Positions 19,573-30,263 of a stretch of DNA of 64,000 nucleotides are shown one piece after another. The position numbers were made by a program, and so were the translations under genes. The stretch comes from an uncultured delta proteobacterium (GTDB lineage: Bacteria; Myxococcota; Myxococcia; Myxococcales; Anaeromyxobacteraceae): contig CAWJSR010000023.1 in the NCBI GenBank assembly GCA_963845515.1, positions 32,001-96,000 of the forward strand, given 5' to 3'. Under the pieces are notes generated by a model. It saw only the letters and a list, made by a program, of their open reading frames with translations, was not told the origin of the DNA and made no database searches. Within the stretch, counting starts at the first letter, position 1, and each line of letters opens with the position of its first letter.

Positions 19573-20207
19573 GCAGAACCCTGCGCGAGGAGGCGCTCAA
19601 CCTCCCCAACGCGATCACGCTCGCCCGGACCGCGCTGATCCCGGTCTTCCTCTGGTTCACGTACCACGAGTCGCGCGTCGACAGCTTCATCGCGGCGCTC
19701 CTCTTCACGCTCGCCGGGGCGACCGACTTCCTCGACGGCTGGGTGGCGCGCCGCTACAACCTCGTCACCGTCATCGGGAAGTTCCTGGACCCGCTCGCCG
19801 ACAAGCTGATCGTGATGGCGGCGCTCGTGATGCTCGTCTACCTCGGACGGATCGAGGCGTGGGTCGTGATCGTGGTGATGGCCCGCGAGTTCATCATCAC
19901 CGGCCTGCGGTCCATCGCCATGAGCGAAGGGATCGTGATCGCGGCGGGGCAGGAGGGGAAGTACAAGACGTCGCTCCAGATCGCGGCGATCGCCTTCCTC
20001 CTGCTCGGCTACACCTACCCGATCGACTTCATCTGGTTCACGTTCAGCCTCGACACCAACCGGACCGGCACGTGGCTCCTCTACGTGTCGCTCTTCTTCT
20101 CGGTCTGGTCGGCGTGGAACTACTTCTCTGGCTTCATCCGCGCGGTCTACACGAGTCCTCCCCTCTCCCCCACCGGGGGCGAGGGGAAGGGTGAGGGGGC
20201 GCCCTAG
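19569..20207 (+). CDS. pgsA: CDP-diacylglycerol--glycerol-3-phosphate 3-phosphatidyltransferase
   Basis: NLPNAITLAR, DFLDGWVAR..GKFLDPLADK. Confidence 0.95.
   Translation: MSRTLREEALNLPNAITLARTALIPVFLWFTYHESRVDSFIAALLFTLAGATDFLDGWVARRYNLVTVIGKFLDPLADKLIVMAALVMLVYLGRIEAWVVIVVMAREFIITGLRSIAMSEGIVIAAGQEGKYKTSLQIAAIAFLLLGYTYPIDFIWFTFSLDTNRTGTWLLYVSLFFSVWSAWNYFSGFIRAVYTSPPLSPTGGEGKGEGAP
20159..20200. repeat. REP-like repeat translated as PgsA C-terminus
   Basis: tcccctctcccccaccgggggcgaggggaagggtgagggggc before the stop. Confidence 0.8.
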
Positions 20208-21334
20208 GCGCTGAGCGCAAGCAGCCGGTCGCACGCCGCGAGCACCAGGGCGTGGTCGGTCGGCGCGCGCACCTCCGCGGCTGCGAACGTCGGCGCGCGG
20301 TGCGCCCAGCGGGCGGAGTCGCCCGAGAAGAAGACGCCCACGGTGGGGGCGCCGACCGCGGCGGCGAGGTGCATCGGCCCCGAGTTGTTGGTGACGACGA
20401 GCCGCGCGGTGCGCATGAGTCCGGCCAGGAGCGCGAGGTCGGTCGCCGGGGCGAGCGTCGTCCCGGAGAGCCGGGCGATCTCGGCCGCGATCGGCTCCTC
20501 CTCGGGCCCCCAGACGACGAGCACGTCGAGCCCCCGGCCGGCGAGGCCGCGGGCCACCTCGGCGTACGGCTCCGGCGGCCAGCGCCGGTCGGCGAGCCGG
20601 GCCCCGGGGTTGAGGACTGCGAGCGGGCGGCCTCCGAGCCCTGCCGCGGCGAGGAGCGCGCGCGCGGGCAAGGGGTCGAGCCCGAGCCCGGTCTCCGGCG
20701 CCAGGCCGCGGGGCGCGAGGCCGAGCGGCGCCAGGAGCTCCAGCTTGGCGGGGATCTCGCTGCAGGTGGCCGGATCGTGGCGCACCGGGTGCGAGAGGAA
20801 GCGCGCGCTCTCGCCGCGATCATGGCCGACCGTGGCGCGCCCGCCGGCGAGCCGCGCGAGCAGGACCGCGGTGAGCGAGAAGGCCGACCAGTGGCTGGCC
20901 TCCACCACGACGTCGAACCGCTCGCCCCGCAAGGCCCGGAGCTGCGCGAGGAGCCTGAGCGGCGCCAGGAAGGCGTCCCGCTTGCGCCAGAGCCAGAGCC
21001 GGTCGACGTGCGGCGGCGCGATGGCCGCCGCCTGGCGCGGCGCGAGGAGGTGCAGCTCGGCCCCCGGGAGCCCGGCCTTCAGCGCCCGGAGCAGCGGCGT
21101 CGTGAGGAGCTGGTTCCCGACCCGCTCGTCGGTCCGGACCACCAGGATCTTGCGGATGGCGTCGCGCGGCGGCATCTTCGCGCGCGGCCTCGGGAAGAGG
21201 ACCGACGCGAGCCCCACTACGACGCCGCGGCCGGCGTCACGGGCGATGGTCCCCAGCCTGCCACGTCGCGTGCCGCGGTCGAGCGCTGCCTGGAGCCGTT
21301 CGCGGTGGGCTCGGGCCTCGGAGGAGGGCGCCAT
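20204..21334 (-). CDS. Glycosyltransferase family 9 (heptosyltransferase-like)
   Basis: ILVVRTDERVGN, NPGA...RRWP, NNSGPMHLAAAVG.PTV. Confidence 0.9.
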   Translation of the reverse strand: MAPSSEARAHRERLQAALDRGTRRGRLGTIARDAGRGVVVGLASVLFPRPRAKMPPRDAIRKILVVRTDERVGNQLLTTPLLRALKAGLPGAELHLLAPRQAAAIAPPHVDRLWLWRKRDAFLAPLRLLAQLRALRGERFDVVVEASHWSAFSLTAVLLARLAGGRATVGHDRGESARFLSHPVRHDPATCSEIPAKLELLAPLGLAPRGLAPETGLGLDPLPARALLAAAGLGGRPLAVLNPGARLADRRWPPEPYAEVARGLAGRGLDVLVVWGPEEEPIAAEIARLSGTTLAPATDLALLAGLMRTARLVVTNNSGPMHLAAAVGAPTVGVFFSGDSARWAHRAPTFAAAEVRAPTDHALVLAACDRLLALSA

Positions 21335-21496
21335 GGGGCGCGCACAATACCATCGGCGAGCCCCGGCGGCACCCGCCTGAAAAGCGGCCTGTAGCGTTCA
21401 TTTGCCCTGCTGGAGTCATTGCGCGAAAGCGAAGGCTTTGGAAAAGTGGCTGATTCGCGGGCGCCCGCAGCAGGCGCGACCGCCCGACTAGGAGAG

Positions 21497-24400
21497 ATGA
21501 TGAAGAACGGTTCTGCCCTGGGCATCGACATCGGCTCCACGAGCGTCAAGGCGTGCCTGGTCACCGGCACCGACGAGGCGTGGTCCGAGGTCCGCGCGCA
21601 CGACGGCGACGTCGCCGGCGCCGTGCGTGCAGTCCTCACGGGGCGGAAGGTCGGCGCCGGCGTGCGCGCGCTCGTGACTGGCGGAGAGGGGCGCCGCAAG
21701 TTCCAGATCGCGAGCGCGATCGCCACCGAGGCGCTGGAGCGCGCGCTCCAGGCGCTCGAGCTCGACGTCTCCGCGGTCGTGTCGGTCGGCGGCGAGGACC
21801 TCGGTGGTCTACCGCGTGGACGGCGGGCGCATCGTCGGCACGTACGCAGGAAACAAGTGCGCGAGCGGCACGGGCGAGTTCTTCGCCCAGCAGCTGCGCC
21901 GCATGGACCTGCCGCTCGAGGCGGTCCACCTCCCCGCGGTCGGCACGGGGACGGTCCACCGGCTCTCGTCGCGCTGCTCGGTCTTCATGAAGAGCGACTG
22001 CACCCACAAGCTGAACAAGGGCGAGGCGGACAAGCACGACATCGTGCTCAGCCTCTCCCACGTGATGGCGCACAAGGTGCTCGAGTTCCTCGCCAAGGCG
22101 CGCATCACCTCGGGGCGCGTGGTGCTGGCCGGCGGCGGCACCCGGAACCCGCACCTGGTCGAGGCGGTCCGGCAGGGGCTGCCCGAGGTGGAGCTGATCG
22201 TCCCCCGCGAGGCCGCGTACATCGAGGCCTACGGCGCGGCGCTGCTCGCCGCGGAGCGCGGCGTGCCGTTGCCGGAGGAGGGGGTGCTCGTCGCCGACGC
22301 CGACCTCGGCTACGCGCGCGGCCGTCCCCTCTCGGAGGCGAAGGAGCACGTCACCTTCCTCCCGCCGCGGCGCGGCCGGGCGAAGGCGGGGCGGGCGTAC
22401 GTCCTCGGCATCGACGGCGGCTCCACCACCACCAAGGTCGCCGTCGTCGACGCGGAGACCCGCGAGATCGTCGCCAGCCACTACGGCCGCACGCTCGGCG
22501 ACCCCGTCGTCGCGCTCCGGAAGTGCCTCGACGTGGTCCGGGCGCAGCTCGAGGAGCAGGTGGGCACCGAGGACGCGGTGGAGATCCGGCTCGCCGCGAC
22601 GACCGGCTCGTCCCGTGAGCTCCTCGGCGTCTACTGCGGCACGCCGGCCGTCTACAACGAGATCATGGCCCACACGGCGGGCGTGACCGCGCTCGATCCC
22701 GCCATCGACACGATCTTCGAGATCGGCGGCCAGGACGCGAAGTACGTCCACCTGCGCAACCTCGTCCCGGTCGACTACGCCATGAACGAGGCGTGCAGCG
22801 CGGGGACCGGCTCCTTCCTGGAGGAGTCGGCGGCCGGGGACCTCGACATCCACAGCGCCGAGGAGATCGGGCCGATCGCGCTCGAGGCCGACGGCGCCGC
22901 TCCGGTTCGGCGAGCACTGCTCGGCCTTCATCAACTCGGACATCCGCAAGGCCATCCAGGGCGGGGCGAGCCGGCCGGACATCGTCGCGGGCCTGACGCT
23001 CTCCATCGTCGCGAACTACCTCAACCGCGTCGTCGGCAACCGGCGGGTCGGGCAGCCGGATCGTCCTGCAGGGCGGCGTGGCGAAGAACCCCGCGGTGCC
23101 GCTCGCGTTCGCGCAGCTCCTCGGGAAGCACGTGGTGGTCCCGCCGGACCCGGAGCTGATGGGGGCCTACGGCGTCGCGCTGATGGCGCTCGCGCAGGCT
23201 CGGCGAGGGGCGGCTCGCGCCCGCGCGCGTGCGGCTGGCCGAGCTCTCCGCCCGGACGATCCACTCCGAGAAGGAGTACCGCTGCAAGGCCTGCGAGAAC
23301 CTCTGCCCCATCCGGATCATGGCGGTCGGCGAGGCGCGCTACCACTTCGGCGGCCGCTGCAACAAGTTCGCGAACCTCCGCCGGAAGCCGGCGCGGCCGC
23401 AGGAGGAGGTCAAGGACTGGGTCGAGGTCCGGCGCCAGCTCTACTTCGACACCTACGCCGCCCCCGCCGAGGAGCTGCCGCGCGCCAACGTGCGCGTCGG
23501 GGTCCCCGAGGCGCTCTCGGTCCACTCCTTCTGGCCGCTCTACTCCAACTTCTTCCACGCCCTCGGCGTCCGCGCTGTCCTCGCCTCGGACGTGTCCGAG
23601 AAGGGGGCCGCCCGCTGCGAGTCGTCCTTCTGCTACCCGGGCGAGCTCGCCCACGGGCAGATGGGGAGCATGCTCGAGGCCGACCCGCCGGCCGACTTCT
23701 GGTTCGTCCCGCACCTCAAGGCGCTCCCCTCGTACGAGAAGCAGGTCCACGCCTGCGTCTGCCCGATCACGCAGGGGCTGCCCTACGCGCTCCGGACGGC
23801 GTTCGAGCTGGACGACGCGCGGCTCCTGCGGCCGGTGCTCGACCTCACCCGCGGCTTCGCCGACGGGGCCGACGCCGATGATGGACGTCGCCGAGCGGCT
23901 CGGCCGCACGCGCGAGGAGGGGCGGAAGGCCTGGGCGCTCGCGGTGGAGCGGCAGAAGGCCTGCTACCGCGAGGGGCTGCGGCTGGGCCGGCAGGCGGTG
24001 GAGGAGGCGGAGCGTGGGACGTGGCCCGCCGATCGTCCTCTTCGGCCGCCCGTACAACGCGTTCGCGCCCGGCGCGAACATGGGCATCCCGCGCAAGTTC
24101 GTGACGCGCGGCTACTCGGTCATACCGTTCGACTTCCTGCAGGTCGGGGAGGAGGCGATCCTCCCCAACATGTACTGGTACTACGGCCAGCAGGACCTGA
24201 AGGGCGCGGTGATGGTGAAGGGGCGCAAGAACCTCTTCGCCTGCTTCGTCACCAACTTCTCCTGCGCGCCGGACTCCTTCATCCTCCACTTCAACCGGTG
24301 GATCTACGGCTCGAAGCCGTTCCTCACGCTGGAGCTCGACAGCCACACCGCCGACGCCGGCGTGGACACGCGCGTCGAGGCGTTCCTCGACGTGGTCGAG

Positions 24401-25919
24401 GCGTGGCGGCGCTCGCCGCCGGTGGAGGCGACGATCCTCCCCGAGAAGGAGTGGGACGTCGTCATCGAGGGCGGCGACGCCTGGGTGGTGAACCGCCGGA
24501 CCGGCGAGCGGCGCTCGATGAAGGACCCGCGCGTCACGCTGGTCTGGCCGTCGATGGGGCAGGAGACGTCCCAGCTCGTCGCGCGCATCTCGCGCTCGCA
24601 CGGCATCGACTCCGTGGCGCTGCCGACCGCCGACATCGAGACTGCGCCGCGCGCGCGCGCGGTGGCGAGCGGCAAGGAGTGCATCCCGGCGCTGCTCGTC
24701 CTCGGCGCGGTCCTCGACTACCTCGCGAAGGCGCCGCAGGATCCGGACCGGGTCCACCTCGTCTTCATGCCGATCACGACCGGGCCGTGCAGGACCGGCC
24801 AGTACGCCATCTTCTACCAGGCGCTCTTCCAGGAGCTCGGCCTCAAGAACGTGGTGATGCTGTCGCTCAACTCCGACAACTCGTACTCGGAGCTCGGGAA
24901 CAACTTCAACCGCGACCTGTGGCAGATGATCTGCGTCGGCGACTACTTCCGCGACGTGGTCGGGTCGCTGCGCGCGCTCGCGGCGGATCGCGACGCCGCC
25001 CTGGCGGAGACGGACGCGGTGCTGGAGGAGCTGCTCGCAGCCGCGGGAGGCGGGGTCAAGCCGGTGCTCGCCGGGCTGGCCGGCTGGGGCCGCAGGCTCG
25101 CGGCGATCCCGCTGAGGGCCCCGCTCGCCGACCGCGAAGAAGGCGCTCGTCGTCGGCGAGATCTTCGTCCGGCGCGACGACTTCTCGGTCGACACGCTCG
25201 TCGGGAAGCTCGCCGACTCGGGGGTCGTGGCCAAGATCACCGGCCTCACCGAGTGGGTCCACTACCTCGACTGGGACCAGTCGCGCCGCCTCCGCAAGGC
25301 GCTCGGCAGGATGCCGCTCTTCCAGCGGCTCAAGTCGAAGGAGCTGCGGACGCTGCTCTGGCTCAAGATCGAGATGATCTGGAAGGCGCGCGTGGAGCAC
25401 GCCATCAAGCGCGACCTCGCCCTGAGCGGCCTCGTGCCCGAGTCTCCGCACGGGATGGACCGGATCATGGCGCGGTCCGACGAGTTCTCGTCCTTCGAGC
25501 TGGAGAGCGAGGCGACCCTGTCGCCGGCCTCGGCGGCGGTGGCGATGGAGGAGGGGTACGACGGCGTCGCCATCATCTCGCCGTTCGCCTGCCTCCCCGG
25601 CCGCCTCATCGAGGCGACGTACGCGCCGTGGGCGCGCGCCCGGGGCCTGCCGGTCGTCGCGGTGGAGAGCGACGGCAACGCCTACCCGCCCAGCGTGGTG
25701 AGCCGGATCGAGGCCTTCGCCCACGACGTCAGCCGCGGCGCGCGCAAGCAGGCCCCGCAGCTGAAGGTCGTGCAGTCGCGCTACGCCGACGTGGCCGGCC
25801 TCGACCTGCTCTCGTGCGGCTCCGGCGGCTGCGGGGGCGGCTGCCCCGCGCCGGCGGCGCCGTCGGGGGCCAGGGTCGAGCTGAACGGCCCGAAGGCGCA
25901 GAAGCCCACCGGCTCCTGA
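21497..25919 (+). CDS. Fused CoA-substrate activase (2x BcrAD/BadFG ATPase) + DUF2229/dehydratase-reductase domains, PlsA/PlsR-like; ~7 frameshifts
   Basis: GIDIGSTSVK, KCASGTG, RCSVF, GIDGGSTTTK, EIGGQDAK, MNEACSAGTG, CKACENLC, GRPYN, NFSCAPD, GKECIP, GPCRTGQY, VGEIFVR, PFACLP across successive frames. Confidence 0.85.
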
Positions 25920-25945
25920 CCGACGCAGGAGGGGGAGGGGCGGCC

Positions 25946-26338
25946 ATGTGGGAGGAGCTGAAGCGGCACGAGCGGTTCGTCCGGGGGATCCTCGCCCAGC
26001 GGGACCCGTCGGGCCTGGCCGCCGTTCGCGCCCACCACGACCGGCGCGTCCACGACTTCCAGCACGAGCGGCTGATCCACCTGCTCGTGACCCTCTTCGT
26101 GGCGCTCTTCGCGCTCCTGGCGGTGGGGCTGCTGGCCCTCCTGCAGACGCCCGCCACGGCCGCCCTGGCGGTCCTCCTGCTCGCCCTGACGGTCGCCTAC
26201 ATCCTCCACTACTTCCGGCTGGAGAACGGCGTGCAGCGGCTCTACGCCCTCTCGCTGCAGCTGGATGAGCGCCTCGCCGGGCGGCCGCTCTCCGAGCCGG
26301 ACGGCAAAGGCGGCACGGAGCCGGTTCGAGGCGCTTGA
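25946..26338 (+). CDS. Small two-TM membrane protein, hypothetical
   Basis: FQHERLIHLLVT...HYFRLENGVQRLY; good codon bias. Confidence 0.75.
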   Translation: MWEELKRHERFVRGILAQRDPSGLAAVRAHHDRRVHDFQHERLIHLLVTLFVALFALLAVGLLALLQTPATAALAVLLLALTVAYILHYFRLENGVQRLYALSLQLDERLAGRPLSEPDGKGGTEPVRGA

Positions 26339-26363
26339 CAGCCCCCGGGCCCCCCTCTATAAA
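26335..26363 (+). promoter_or_regulatory. sigma70 promoter of tRNA-Gly
   Basis: TTGACA-17 bp-TATAAA. Confidence 0.8.
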
Positions 26364-26385
26364 TCGCGGCCTTCGAACGTTCTTT

Positions 26386-26460
26386 GCGGGAATAGCTCAG
26401 TGGTAGAGCATCGCCTTGCCAAGGCGAGGGTCGAGGGTTCAAATCCCTTTTCCCGCTCCA
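26386..26460 (+). tRNA. tRNA-Gly (GCC)
   Basis: Cloverleaf GCGGGAA...; anticodon arm tcgcc-ttGCCaa-ggcga; GGTTCAAATCC T-loop; CCA end. Confidence 0.98.
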
Positions 26461-26464
26461 ATTA

Positions 26465-26502
26465 GCCCCCGGTAACCGTCAACGGTTACCGGGGGTTTCT
26501 TC
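26465..26502 (+). terminator. Rho-independent terminator after tRNA
   Basis: cccccggtaaccgt-ca-acggttaccggggg perfect stem followed by tttctt. Confidence 0.8.
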
Positions 26503-26521
26503 ATGGGGGAAGTTAAACAAA

Positions 26522-26561
26522 CCTCTCCCACGCTCCAGCGGGGGAGAGTCTGGTGAGGGGG
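26522..26561. repeat. Degenerate REP-like repeat
   Basis: cctctcccacgctccagcgggggagagtctggtgaggggg. Confidence 0.55.
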
Positions 26562-26618
26562 ACGGGTCTCGGGCTCTCCGTTGTCCACCTCCGTGGTCGG
26601 CTATTCTGGTGGCCGACC

Positions 26619-27575
26619 ATGATCGCCTCCATCCGCTCGACCGCCTCCCGTCGCGCCCTCGCCGCGTGCGCCCTCGCGCTCCTCGTCGCCGGTGGTAGCG
26701 CTCGGGCGGGCCCCGTCCCACCGAAGCCCGATCGCTACGTCACGGACCAGGCCGGGGTCCTGCCGCTCGCTGAGCGGGACGCGCTCGAGGCCCGCCTGGC
26801 CGCGTTCGATCGCGAGACGTCCAACCAGGTCCTGGTCTGCATCGCCCCCCACGTGCCCGAGGGGACCACGCCCGAGGAGCTGGGCGCAGACGCGATCCGG
26901 GCGTGGGGAGTTGGGCAGGCGGGCAGGGACAACGGGATCGTCTTCTTCGTCTTCACCGAGGACCGGAAGACGCGGATCGCGACGGGGTACGGCCTCGAGG
27001 GGGCCGTTCCGGACGCCGTCGCCAAGCGGATCCTGGCGGAGACGGTGCGGCCGCACCTCGCCCGCGGGGACTTCGCGAGCGGAATCCGCGCTGGGGTCGA
27101 CGCGCTCCTGGCGGCGACGCGCGGCGAGGTGTTCGCATCACGCAGCGCGTCCGTCGCCGGCGATCCGGCCGAGCCGCACGTGCAGTGGCTCGTCGTCGTC
27201 GGGCTCGTCGTCGCCATCGCCATCGGCCGGTGGCGCCGGTTTCCCGTGGGCGTGCAGGTCCTCATCGGCGTCACTGGCCTGCTCGTCAACGTGGCGTGCT
27301 ACTTCGCGCCCTTCTTCCCCGGCTGGTTCTTCCTCCCCTTCTACTTCTTCGGGATCCTCGGGTACGGGGTCGTCCGGTACACGAGCGACCGGTCCTGGTG
27401 GTCGGGCCACGGCACCTGGAGCTCATCGACCGGCTCGAGCTCGGACGGCGGGGGGTGGCGCTCGTCGTCTTCCAGCTCCAGCGGCTCGTCGCGCAGCTCC
27501 GGTTCTTCCAGCTCCTCTGGCTTCTCCGGAGGCGGCGGGGACAGCGGCGGCGGCGGCGCGAGCGACAGGTTCTGA
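26619..27575 (+). CDS. TPM-domain (YgcG-like) membrane protein
   Basis: VTDQAGVL, WGVGQAGRDNG, RIATGYGLEG, Ser/Gly tail GGGGDSGGGGAS. Confidence 0.9.
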   Translation: MIASIRSTASRRALAACALALLVAGGSARAGPVPPKPDRYVTDQAGVLPLAERDALEARLAAFDRETSNQVLVCIAPHVPEGTTPEELGADAIRAWGVGQAGRDNGIVFFVFTEDRKTRIATGYGLEGAVPDAVAKRILAETVRPHLARGDFASGIRAGVDALLAATRGEVFASRSASVAGDPAEPHVQWLVVVGLVVAIAIGRWRRFPVGVQVLIGVTGLLVNVACYFAPFFPGWFFLPFYFFGILGYGVVRYTSDRSWWSGHGTWSSSTGSSSDGGGWRSSSSSSSGSSRSSGSSSSSGFSGGGGDSGGGGASDRF

Positions 27576-27590
27576 TCCCGCGGGGGCGAC

Positions 27591-27964
27591 TTCTGAACCT
27601 CGGACGCGCGCCGCGGCCGGCCGTCACGCCGTCGTGTCGTCCAGCCTCCGATCAGGCACGTGCCCGAAGCGGCGGCAGGCCGCGGAGATCCCCAGCGAGA
27701 AGAGGCCTGCCCCGACCCCCAGCGCCGCGTTGGCGAACGGAGGGGCCGTCAGGCCGAGCCTGAGGAGGATGCCGGCGACCGCCAGCCCCGAGTTCCGGAA
27801 GACGACTGCGTAGCTCGCGGATCCTGGCGCGGTGGAGGCAAGTGGTCTGCGAGGCTGCCCCGTCACCGGGTTGACTCGGAGGCGCGGCGCGCCCGCACGG
27901 TCGGGGAGGCCTCGCCCGCACGGTCGGGGAGGCCTACCGCTACGCGGCGCGCTACTTCCCCCTG
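27591..27964 (+). repeat. Patchwork duplicate of 30470-30959
   Basis: 27591-27629=30470-30508; 27820-27888~30531-30599 (1 mismatch); 27913-27964=30908-30959. Confidence 0.9.
27624..27815 (-). pseudogene. 3' remnant of a membrane-protein gene
   Basis: YAVVFRNSGLAVAGILLRLGLTAPPFANAALGVGAGLFSLG..*; hydrophobic, no proper start, bounded by duplicated blocks. Confidence 0.5.
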
Positions 27965-27989
27965 TTCGGCGCTGCCCCGGCCCTTCACC

Positions 27990-30263
27990 TCAAAGCTGCG
28001 AGCGCATGATCCCGAAGTTGCCGACTGCCCAGACGTCGGTAGGGCTGCCCCACATCCCCCGCACCCCGTACCAGTAGACGCTCATGGGGTTGGGTGTTAT
28101 CGACCAGGCGCTGCCGTCCCAGTGCATCATGTCGCCAAAGTAACCAGTGGCCAGGTCGACCGCCGACAAGCCGAAGGCCCAGACGTCATCCGCGGACGTT
28201 CCCCAGACTCCTTGCAGGACGGCGCGCGAGCCAGTCAGCGGACTGGCAACGTTGGACCAACCGCTTCCATCCCAGTGGAGGATGGTGCCAATCGTGCCCG
28301 TTGCCCAGACGTTGCTCGGGCCGGTGCCCCAGACTCCATAGAGATAATCGCCGCACCCGCTCACCACGTTGTTCCAGCTACTCCCGTCCCAGCGCAGGAT
28401 GATGCCACCGTCGCCCACGGCCCAGACGTCGTTCGGGCCGGTCCCCCAGACGTCGTAGAGGTTGTTTCCCGACGTGGTTCCCGTCAGCGGGTTGGGTACG
28501 CTCACCCATGAGGTGCCGTCCCAGTGCACGATCGCGGCCTCGCTGCCGACGGCCCACACGTCGTTCGAGGCGCTGCCCCAGACGCCCCAGAGGGTCAGCG
28601 GGTACCCGGTGGTCACGCTCTCCCACGCAGCCCCGTCCCAGTGCAGGAACGTGCCGTAGGTGCCCACGGCCCACACGTCGTCCGAGGCGCTGCCCCACAG
28701 CGCGGTGAGAACGACGTTGGGCTCGACCGACAAGCCGATCATCAGGCCGGTCACCGGGTTCGTCACGCTCGACCAGGAGGTGCCGTCCCAGTGCACGGTC
28801 GTGCCGGCGGTGCCCGCGGCCCACGCGTCGTCGGGACCGCTCCCCCAGACCGCGTAAAGCGCTTCCGTCGTGGGGCTCCACGGCCCCAAGCTGGTGCCGA
28901 GGCTCCACGTGCCCGCGGGCACGGACGCAAAGTCCTGCCCCGACGCGTCCGCCGTGGTCACCTCGATCAAGCGGTACGTTGGCGAGAAGGTGAGGCCGGT
29001 GAGGGTCGGAGTGATCCGGTAGCTGCCCGACGGGAGGCCTGCGATGGCGTAGTTGCCGTTCGCGTCCGTCGTGGCCGAAACCGTCGGTCCGATCACGATC
29101 GGTTGTGGATCGAGCGGGTCCGGCAGCGGCGCGATCGACACCGTCACACCCGCCATCGCGGCCCCGTCGGAAGTCCGGACGGTCCCGGAAACGGAGTGGG
29201 TCGTCGCGGGCGGCGGTGGCGGCGGCGCGTCGTCGGCGAGCACGACCTCGATCGGGAACGTGTCGATGAGGCCGCCGCTCGTGACCCTCGCCTCCAGGAT
29301 GCAGACGCCGGCGCCGGCCGGTGCGGTCCACCCGAACGCGGCGCCCGTCGCGCCGATTGAGGAAGCGACCAGCGGATCGGGCACCGCTGAGCCCCCGCAG
29401 TTGTCGGTGAGGGTCGCGCTCGCCCCCTGATCGCCGTTCTGGAAGGTGAACGCGACCGTCCAGACGCTGGCTGGTGGAAGGGTTCCCGGGCAGGTCGCCG
29501 ACGCGTCGTCGCGGAGGACCGAGCAGACCTCGTTCACAGGAGCCGCGACCGTCTGCAACCAGATGTGATCGATCACGGGCTGCGGGACGAAGTCGACCGT
29601 CACGTCCACCCCCCCGCCGATCGCCGCCACCGCGACCGTCGCCGTCCTCGCGTCGAACAGACCGGAGGGGGAGGTGGCCGTGACCGTGATCTGGCACGTC
29701 GTCGCGGAGCCCGGCGCCGTCCAGGTGGTGCTCGCCGCGGGGGCCGTTCCGAACGTCCCCGCCTCCGCGCTGCACGACTGGGACCACGCGTACGCCAGCG
29801 TGTCGCCCTGAGGGTCCACCGCGGTAGCGGCGAAGGTCGCCTCGGCGGCCGCGTCCACCGTCGCGGGGACGACGAGCGAGGTGATGTACGGCCGGTTGGG
29901 CGGCACGGGGGGCGGACCGCTCCCGTCGAGCACCGTGATCGCGACGTTCATCGTCTGGCCGGCGACGATCGTCGCGCTGGCGCTGCCCGTCCCGACGAGC
30001 GTGGACCCAGCGTAGACGCTCACCGTGAAGGTCTGGGCGCCCGAGGGGATGTTCAGGGTGCCGGTGAACTTGCCGGTCGCCGCGTCGTACACGAGCGAGG
30101 CGCTCACGTCCGCCGGCTGGACCTCGACCGAGACGCTCGTGATGTTCGCACCCGAGATCAGCGCGTCCACTGCAAACCTGGCGCTGCCCATCGGCTGCGG
30201 GGTCGGTTGCGTGCAAGCGATCGCGAAAAGGGCGAGCGCTGCCGCCTTCACGTTCCTCATCAT
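27990..30263 (-). CDS. Large lipoprotein: Ig-like/carboxypeptidase-regulatory domains + beta-propeller repeats
   Basis: Lipobox FAIAC; TTDANGNY; ~7 repeats L.GVWG...DVWAVG..G...HWDG..W. Confidence 0.85.
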   Translation of the reverse strand: MMRNVKAAALALFAIACTQPTPQPMGSARFAVDALISGANITSVSVEVQPADVSASLVYDAATGKFTGTLNIPSGAQTFTVSVYAGSTLVGTGSASATIVAGQTMNVAITVLDGSGPPPVPPNRPYITSLVVPATVDAAAEATFAATAVDPQGDTLAYAWSQSCSAEAGTFGTAPAASTTWTAPGSATTCQITVTATSPSGLFDARTATVAVAAIGGGVDVTVDFVPQPVIDHIWLQTVAAPVNEVCSVLRDDASATCPGTLPPASVWTVAFTFQNGDQGASATLTDNCGGSAVPDPLVASSIGATGAAFGWTAPAGAGVCILEARVTSGGLIDTFPIEVVLADDAPPPPPPATTHSVSGTVRTSDGAAMAGVTVSIAPLPDPLDPQPIVIGPTVSATTDANGNYAIAGLPSGSYRITPTLTGLTFSPTYRLIEVTTADASGQDFASVPAGTWSLGTSLGPWSPTTEALYAVWGSGPDDAWAAGTAGTTVHWDGTSWSSVTNPVTGLMIGLSVEPNVVLTALWGSASDDVWAVGTYGTFLHWDGAAWESVTTGYPLTLWGVWGSASNDVWAVGSEAAIVHWDGTSWVSVPNPLTGTTSGNNLYDVWGTGPNDVWAVGDGGIILRWDGSSWNNVVSGCGDYLYGVWGTGPSNVWATGTIGTILHWDGSGWSNVASPLTGSRAVLQGVWGTSADDVWAFGLSAVDLATGYFGDMMHWDGSAWSITPNPMSVYWYGVRGMWGSPTDVWAVGNFGIMRSQL

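Noticed and set aside
21497..25919. Programmed ribosomal frameshifting
   Set aside because: Too many shifts, no shared slippery motif, and the same pattern occurs in unrelated core genes
24014..26338. Fusion of activase with the downstream membrane protein
   Set aside because: Frameshift artefact; the activase ends at 25919 in another frame
27990..28900. Diversity-generating retroelement or DNA-level repeat array
   Set aside because: Ordinary beta-propeller protein repeats; no reverse transcriptase and no adenine-specific variation in the duplicated blocks
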